Virus record (IMG/VR): IMGVR_UViG_3300029822_000058
Location: 1 to 28,437 of that record
Direction: 5' to 3' (one strand)
Length of the DNA stretch: 28,437 bases
From: a virus
Taxonomy: Duplodnaviria > Caudoviricetes
Shown here: piece by piece, positions 25,340 through 28,437 of the stretch
How the letters are laid out: the number at the start of each line of letters is the position of its first letter
How positions within the stretch are numbered: the first letter of the stretch is position 1
Made by a program: the position numbers and the translations under genes
Notes under the pieces: model-generated
What the model was told of the DNA's origin: nothing
Seen by the model: the letters and a program-made list of their open reading frames with translations, nothing else
Databases searched by the model: none

Positions 25340-25842
25340 TGGCGGTTGGATGGATATTGCTATATCGATCGTTGCAGGAACACTGGCTGTGGAAAGAAAA
25401 ACCGTTTTCACGAGGGCAAGCTTGGATTGACCTTATTTTTACCGTCAACCACGAGAATAAAAAAGTGCCTTTTGATGGTGGTTTTATAACAGTGAAAAGA
25501 GGGCAAACCGTAACAAGTTTGAGAAAATTATCCGAGCGTTGGGGGTGGTCGGTAGGCAAAGTATCGCGTTTCTTAAATGTACTTGAAACGGATAAGATGT
25601 TGACGCGAAACAGCGACACCAAAAAGACAGTCTTAACCATTGAAAATTATAAAGATTATCAAGATAAGCGAAACACTAAAAAGACACAGACGGAACACAG
25701 ACGGAACACAGGCGGAACACAGACGGAAACAAACAAAGAATTAATAAAGAATTATATAAAGAATGATAAAGAAAATACCGCCGCGGGCGGGGGTTTGCCT
25801 TCGGCGGACGAAAGACCAATCTGGGAAAGGATGCGAGAGTAG
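25339..25842 (+). CDS. Replication initiator (replisome organizer-like, N-terminal wHTH), short
   Basis: GWILLYRSL..HWLW, AWIDL, RGQ.VTS.RKL.ERWGWS..KV.RFL, TI.NY..YQ; internal tandem repeats. Confidence 0.85.
   Translation: MAVGWILLYRSLQEHWLWKEKPFSRGQAWIDLIFTVNHENKKVPFDGGFITVKRGQTVTSLRKLSERWGWSVGKVSRFLNVLETDKMLTRNSDTKKTVLTIENYKDYQDKRNTKKTQTEHRRNTGGTQTETNKELIKNYIKNDKENTAAGGGLPSADERPIWERMRE
25684..25727 (+). repeat. Four tandem 11-bp repeats (ACACAGACGGA; third copy ACACAGGCGGA), probable origin iterons
   Basis: Exact tandem array inside the initiator gene, followed by an AT-rich tract with repeated AAAGAA(T) to ~25776. Confidence 0.85.
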
Positions 25843-27636
25843 ATGAGCTATGAGATGAACAAAGCAGATGTTTACGGATTGGCTCATTCGCTGTTGGCTG
25901 ATGTTCGGGAAAAAGGCGTGGAGTTATTTTTTAAACTTTGTCCATACTGCGGCGGTGGATCGTCAAAAGACAAAGACACATTTTCGGTCAACCTTGAAAC
26001 TGGTGCATTTAAGTGTTTTCGTTCCGGGTGCAGTAAAACAGGTCACTTCGTTGAGATGGCTAGAGATTTTGGGTATCAGCTTGAGTTTAAAGACGCAAAG
26101 CCAAAAACATACAGGCGGTTACCGCAAAGACCTTTACCAGTTAGAGGTGGCGCGGTTGAGTTTATGGCTAAGCGTGGGATAAGCCGAGAAGTTACCGAGC
26201 GGTATAACATAACCACACAAACAAGCAATCCTGACATTTTGGTTTTCCCGTTTTATGACGAAAACAATGTTTTGCAATTTGTGAAGTATCGAAACGCAAA
26301 ACACAAGAAAGGCAACGGCCCCAAAGAATGGACGGAAAAAGATACAAAACCGATTTTGTTTGGTATGAAGCAATGCGAGGGGTTTGACAGGCTAATTATC
26401 ACCGAGGGGCAAATTGACAGTTTGACATTAGCCGAGTGCGGAATAAAAAACGCTGTGTCCGTACCGATTGGCTGTAATGGGTTTACATGGATTGATAATG
26501 TCTGGGATTGGATCGCGCAGTTTAATGAAATCATTGTTTTTGGGGATTGCGAAAAAGGCAAGATCACTTTGTTAGACACATTACAAAAACGGTTGCCGAA
26601 CAAAATCAAAGCTGTGCAAACAGAAGATTATTTAGGCGAGAAAGATGCAAATGATATTTTTTGCAAATATGGCAAACAGGCAATCGTTACGGCTGTGGCA
26701 AATGCAAAAGTGCCGCCAGTAAACAATGTTAAGGAATTGGCAGATGTTGAATCGGTTGATATTTATAATTTGCCAAGGATTTTTACAGGCATACCGGAAA
26801 TAGATCGCATAATCGGTGGATTGTTTTTTGGACAAGTTATATTGCTAACTGGTAGGCGCGGCGAGGGTAAATCAACTTTTATGTCACAACTTATTGTCGA
26901 GGCGCTGGATCAGGGGCATCCGATATTTGCATATTCGGGCGAGCTTGCAGATTATCATTTTAAGCGTTGGATTGATTTTCAAGCGGCAGGACCAGACAAC
27001 ATTACCGAAAACGAAAACGCGTTTGGGGACAAAACATATCTCATCACAAATCCGATTATCGAAAAGATCAACAACTGGTATCGTGGCAAGGCTTACATAT
27101 ACGACAATAACGTGGTTGACGACGACGAGTTGGAAACGCTGATCCAAACCGTTGAAAAAGTTGTTTGCCGGTACGGTGTGAAACTGGTTTGCATTGATAA
27201 TCTTATGACCGCTATGGATGTTGGCATAAACGATGATTATTATCGCGCGCAGTCTGAGTTTGTAAAACAACTTAAGAGATTGGCTGTAAAACATGATGTT
27301 GCGATTATTTTGGTCGCTCACCCACGCAAAACCAACGCACCAATAGACAATGATGATATTTCCGGTAGCGGTGATATTACAAACCGTGTTGATGTGGTTA
27401 TGGCTTATTCGCGGAACGCTAAAAAACAGGAAGATGGTCCAGAGTGCGACAGCTTGCTCTCGATTATGAAAAACCGATTGACCGGAAAACTCACGCGGAA
27501 AAACGAACCAATTGAACTTTATTACAGCAATAAATCCAAGCGCATTACCAGCAAAGACAGTTTTGTAGATGGCCCGAAAATGTATGGCTGGACGAAAACA
27601 GGCACCGTTGATTATTCCGATTTTGAGGAAATATGA
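25843..27636 (+). CDS. Bifunctional primase-helicase (T7 gp4/Twinkle-like)
   Basis: Zn finger CPYC...CFRSGC, TOPRIM IITEGQID, SVPIG, KDAND; SF4 helicase GRRGEGKST, IDNL, LVAHPRK, ISGSG, KNR. Confidence 0.93.
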   Translation: MSYEMNKADVYGLAHSLLADVREKGVELFFKLCPYCGGGSSKDKDTFSVNLETGAFKCFRSGCSKTGHFVEMARDFGYQLEFKDAKPKTYRRLPQRPLPVRGGAVEFMAKRGISREVTERYNITTQTSNPDILVFPFYDENNVLQFVKYRNAKHKKGNGPKEWTEKDTKPILFGMKQCEGFDRLIITEGQIDSLTLAECGIKNAVSVPIGCNGFTWIDNVWDWIAQFNEIIVFGDCEKGKITLLDTLQKRLPNKIKAVQTEDYLGEKDANDIFCKYGKQAIVTAVANAKVPPVNNVKELADVESVDIYNLPRIFTGIPEIDRIIGGLFFGQVILLTGRRGEGKSTFMSQLIVEALDQGHPIFAYSGELADYHFKRWIDFQAAGPDNITENENAFGDKTYLITNPIIEKINNWYRGKAYIYDNNVVDDDELETLIQTVEKVVCRYGVKLVCIDNLMTAMDVGINDDYYRAQSEFVKQLKRLAVKHDVAIILVAHPRKTNAPIDNDDISGSGDITNRVDVVMAYSRNAKKQEDGPECDSLLSIMKNRLTGKLTRKNEPIELYYSNKSKRITSKDSFVDGPKMYGWTKTGTVDYSDFEEI

Positions 27637-27648
27637 AAGGCGGTAACT

Positions 27649-27972
27649 ATGGATTTCAAAGAAATCGAACGCAAAGCGGCTAACACGGAAGAAATGCCGG
27701 AGGGTTTAAACGCACCTGAGCAATGGTTGTTTTTATCAACGCGGTTGCTTTATGAGCAATTTAGAAATGGCACTGTATCGAAAGAGCAAGCTAAAATCGA
27801 AAAAAGAAAAGTCATATCACAATGTGAACTTGCTTTGCTTTATTACAAATGCTTTTTTGAAGCGTCGCAAAAACAAAATAAAATCAGCCATATACTTACC
27901 GACGCAGAAAAATCCGGCTGTGAGATATGCAAAAAGATAGTAAAAATTTTTGATGGGAGAGAACTAAAATGA
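27649..27972 (+). CDS. Hypothetical phage protein
   Basis: SD AAAGGCGG; 107 aa; C-terminal CEIC. Confidence 0.7.
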   Translation: MDFKEIERKAANTEEMPEGLNAPEQWLFLSTRLLYEQFRNGTVSKEQAKIEKRKVISQCELALLYYKCFFEASQKQNKISHILTDAEKSGCEICKKIVKIFDGRELK

Positions 27973-28292
27973 GAATAGCATACATAGCGCATCCGTTTGA
28001 GGGGAAGCGGCGTAATATCCGCAAGGTAGAGCGCATTATCAAAAAGCTGTTACCGAAATATCCCGACTATGTATTTTACAGTCCGCTCCACGCAACAGGG
28101 TTCTATTACCACGATGTGCCGTATCAAAAAGGCATGGAGCATTGTCTAACCCTACTAAGCAAAGCCGATGAATTATGGCTGTGCGAGGGATGGCAACAGT
28201 CGAGAGGTTGCAGGTTAGAGCGGGAATATGCGCAGAAACACGGCATACCGATATTTGAGATAGTGGATGGGGTGGTACGGTGCTTGAAATGA
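27969..28292 (+). CDS. DUF4406-like nucleoside 2-deoxyribosyltransferase-fold protein
   Basis: AYIAHPF.G, SPLH, CL.LL..ADELWL...W..S.GC..E...A...GIPI. Confidence 0.8.
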   Translation: MRIAYIAHPFEGKRRNIRKVERIIKKLLPKYPDYVFYSPLHATGFYYHDVPYQKGMEHCLTLLSKADELWLCEGWQQSRGCRLEREYAQKHGIPIFEIVDGVVRCLK

Positions 28293-28437
28293 ATAGGCTA
28301 TACAACATGGATTGCATGGAGGGTATGAAACAATTTCCTGATAAATATTTCGAGTTAGCCATAGTTGACCCGCCGTATGGTTTGGGTGATGCCGTAGTCA
28401 ATAGTAAGGGACGGTTCGCTAGGTATGAGAACAAAAG
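28280..28437 (+). CDS. DNA methyltransferase, N6/N4 beta class (5' part, truncated by the window end)
   Basis: MLEMNRLYNMDCMEGMKQFPDKYFELAIVDPPYG, with the N-terminal DPPY motif. Confidence 0.9.
   Translation, partial: MLEMNRLYNMDCMEGMKQFPDKYFELAIVDPPYGLGDAVVNSKGRFARYENK

Larger units (their letters stand above)
1..28437 (+). mobile_element. Siphovirus-type phage genome segment (packaging-head-tail-lysis-switch-recombination/replication); host probably Clostridia
   Basis: Uninterrupted canonical phage gene order, long tape measure, no sheath gene, no host housekeeping genes in the window. Confidence 0.97.

Noticed and set aside
25684-25727. Tandem repeats as a CRISPR array
   Set aside because: 11-bp units with no spacers, inside an initiator gene; they fit iterons

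Overview
This 28.4 kb window is a continuous segment of a siphovirus-type phage genome. The host is probably a Firmicute (Clostridia), inferred from gene families, Shine-Dalgarno (SD) sites and sigmaA-type promoters. Gene order: P27-type terS, terL, HK97-type portal, ClpP-type prohead protease, major capsid with a C-terminal cadherin/Ig-like domain, neck genes, major tail protein with a C-terminal FN3-associated domain, frameshifting tail assembly chaperone, a displaced HK97 gp10-like gene, tape measure, Dit, Tal, a self-contained lipoprotein + membrane-protein moron, a chimeric tail fibre, amidase and two holins. These are followed by a short repressor with no integrase next to it, an xis-like HTH gene, an HNH endonuclease, small membrane proteins and a SleB-like hydrolase. 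The window ends with a recombination module (Rad50-like ATPase, PD-(D/E)XK exonuclease, Sak4-like ATPase, SSB-like protein, ERCC4 nuclease), an iteron-bearing initiator, a T7/Twinkle-type primase-helicase and the start of an N6/N4 DNA methyltransferase. The most notable structures are: (1) the tail-embedded moron, whose membrane gene lies between two diverged copies of the lipoprotein's 3' end; (2) a ~55-nt antisense RNA unit with consensus promoter boxes lying opposite a small hydrophobic ORF; (3) a collapsed lysogeny locus; (4) the A9G recoding site; (5) an SD separated from its start codon by a hairpin. All family assignments come from motif recognition and synteny; no database searches were run.
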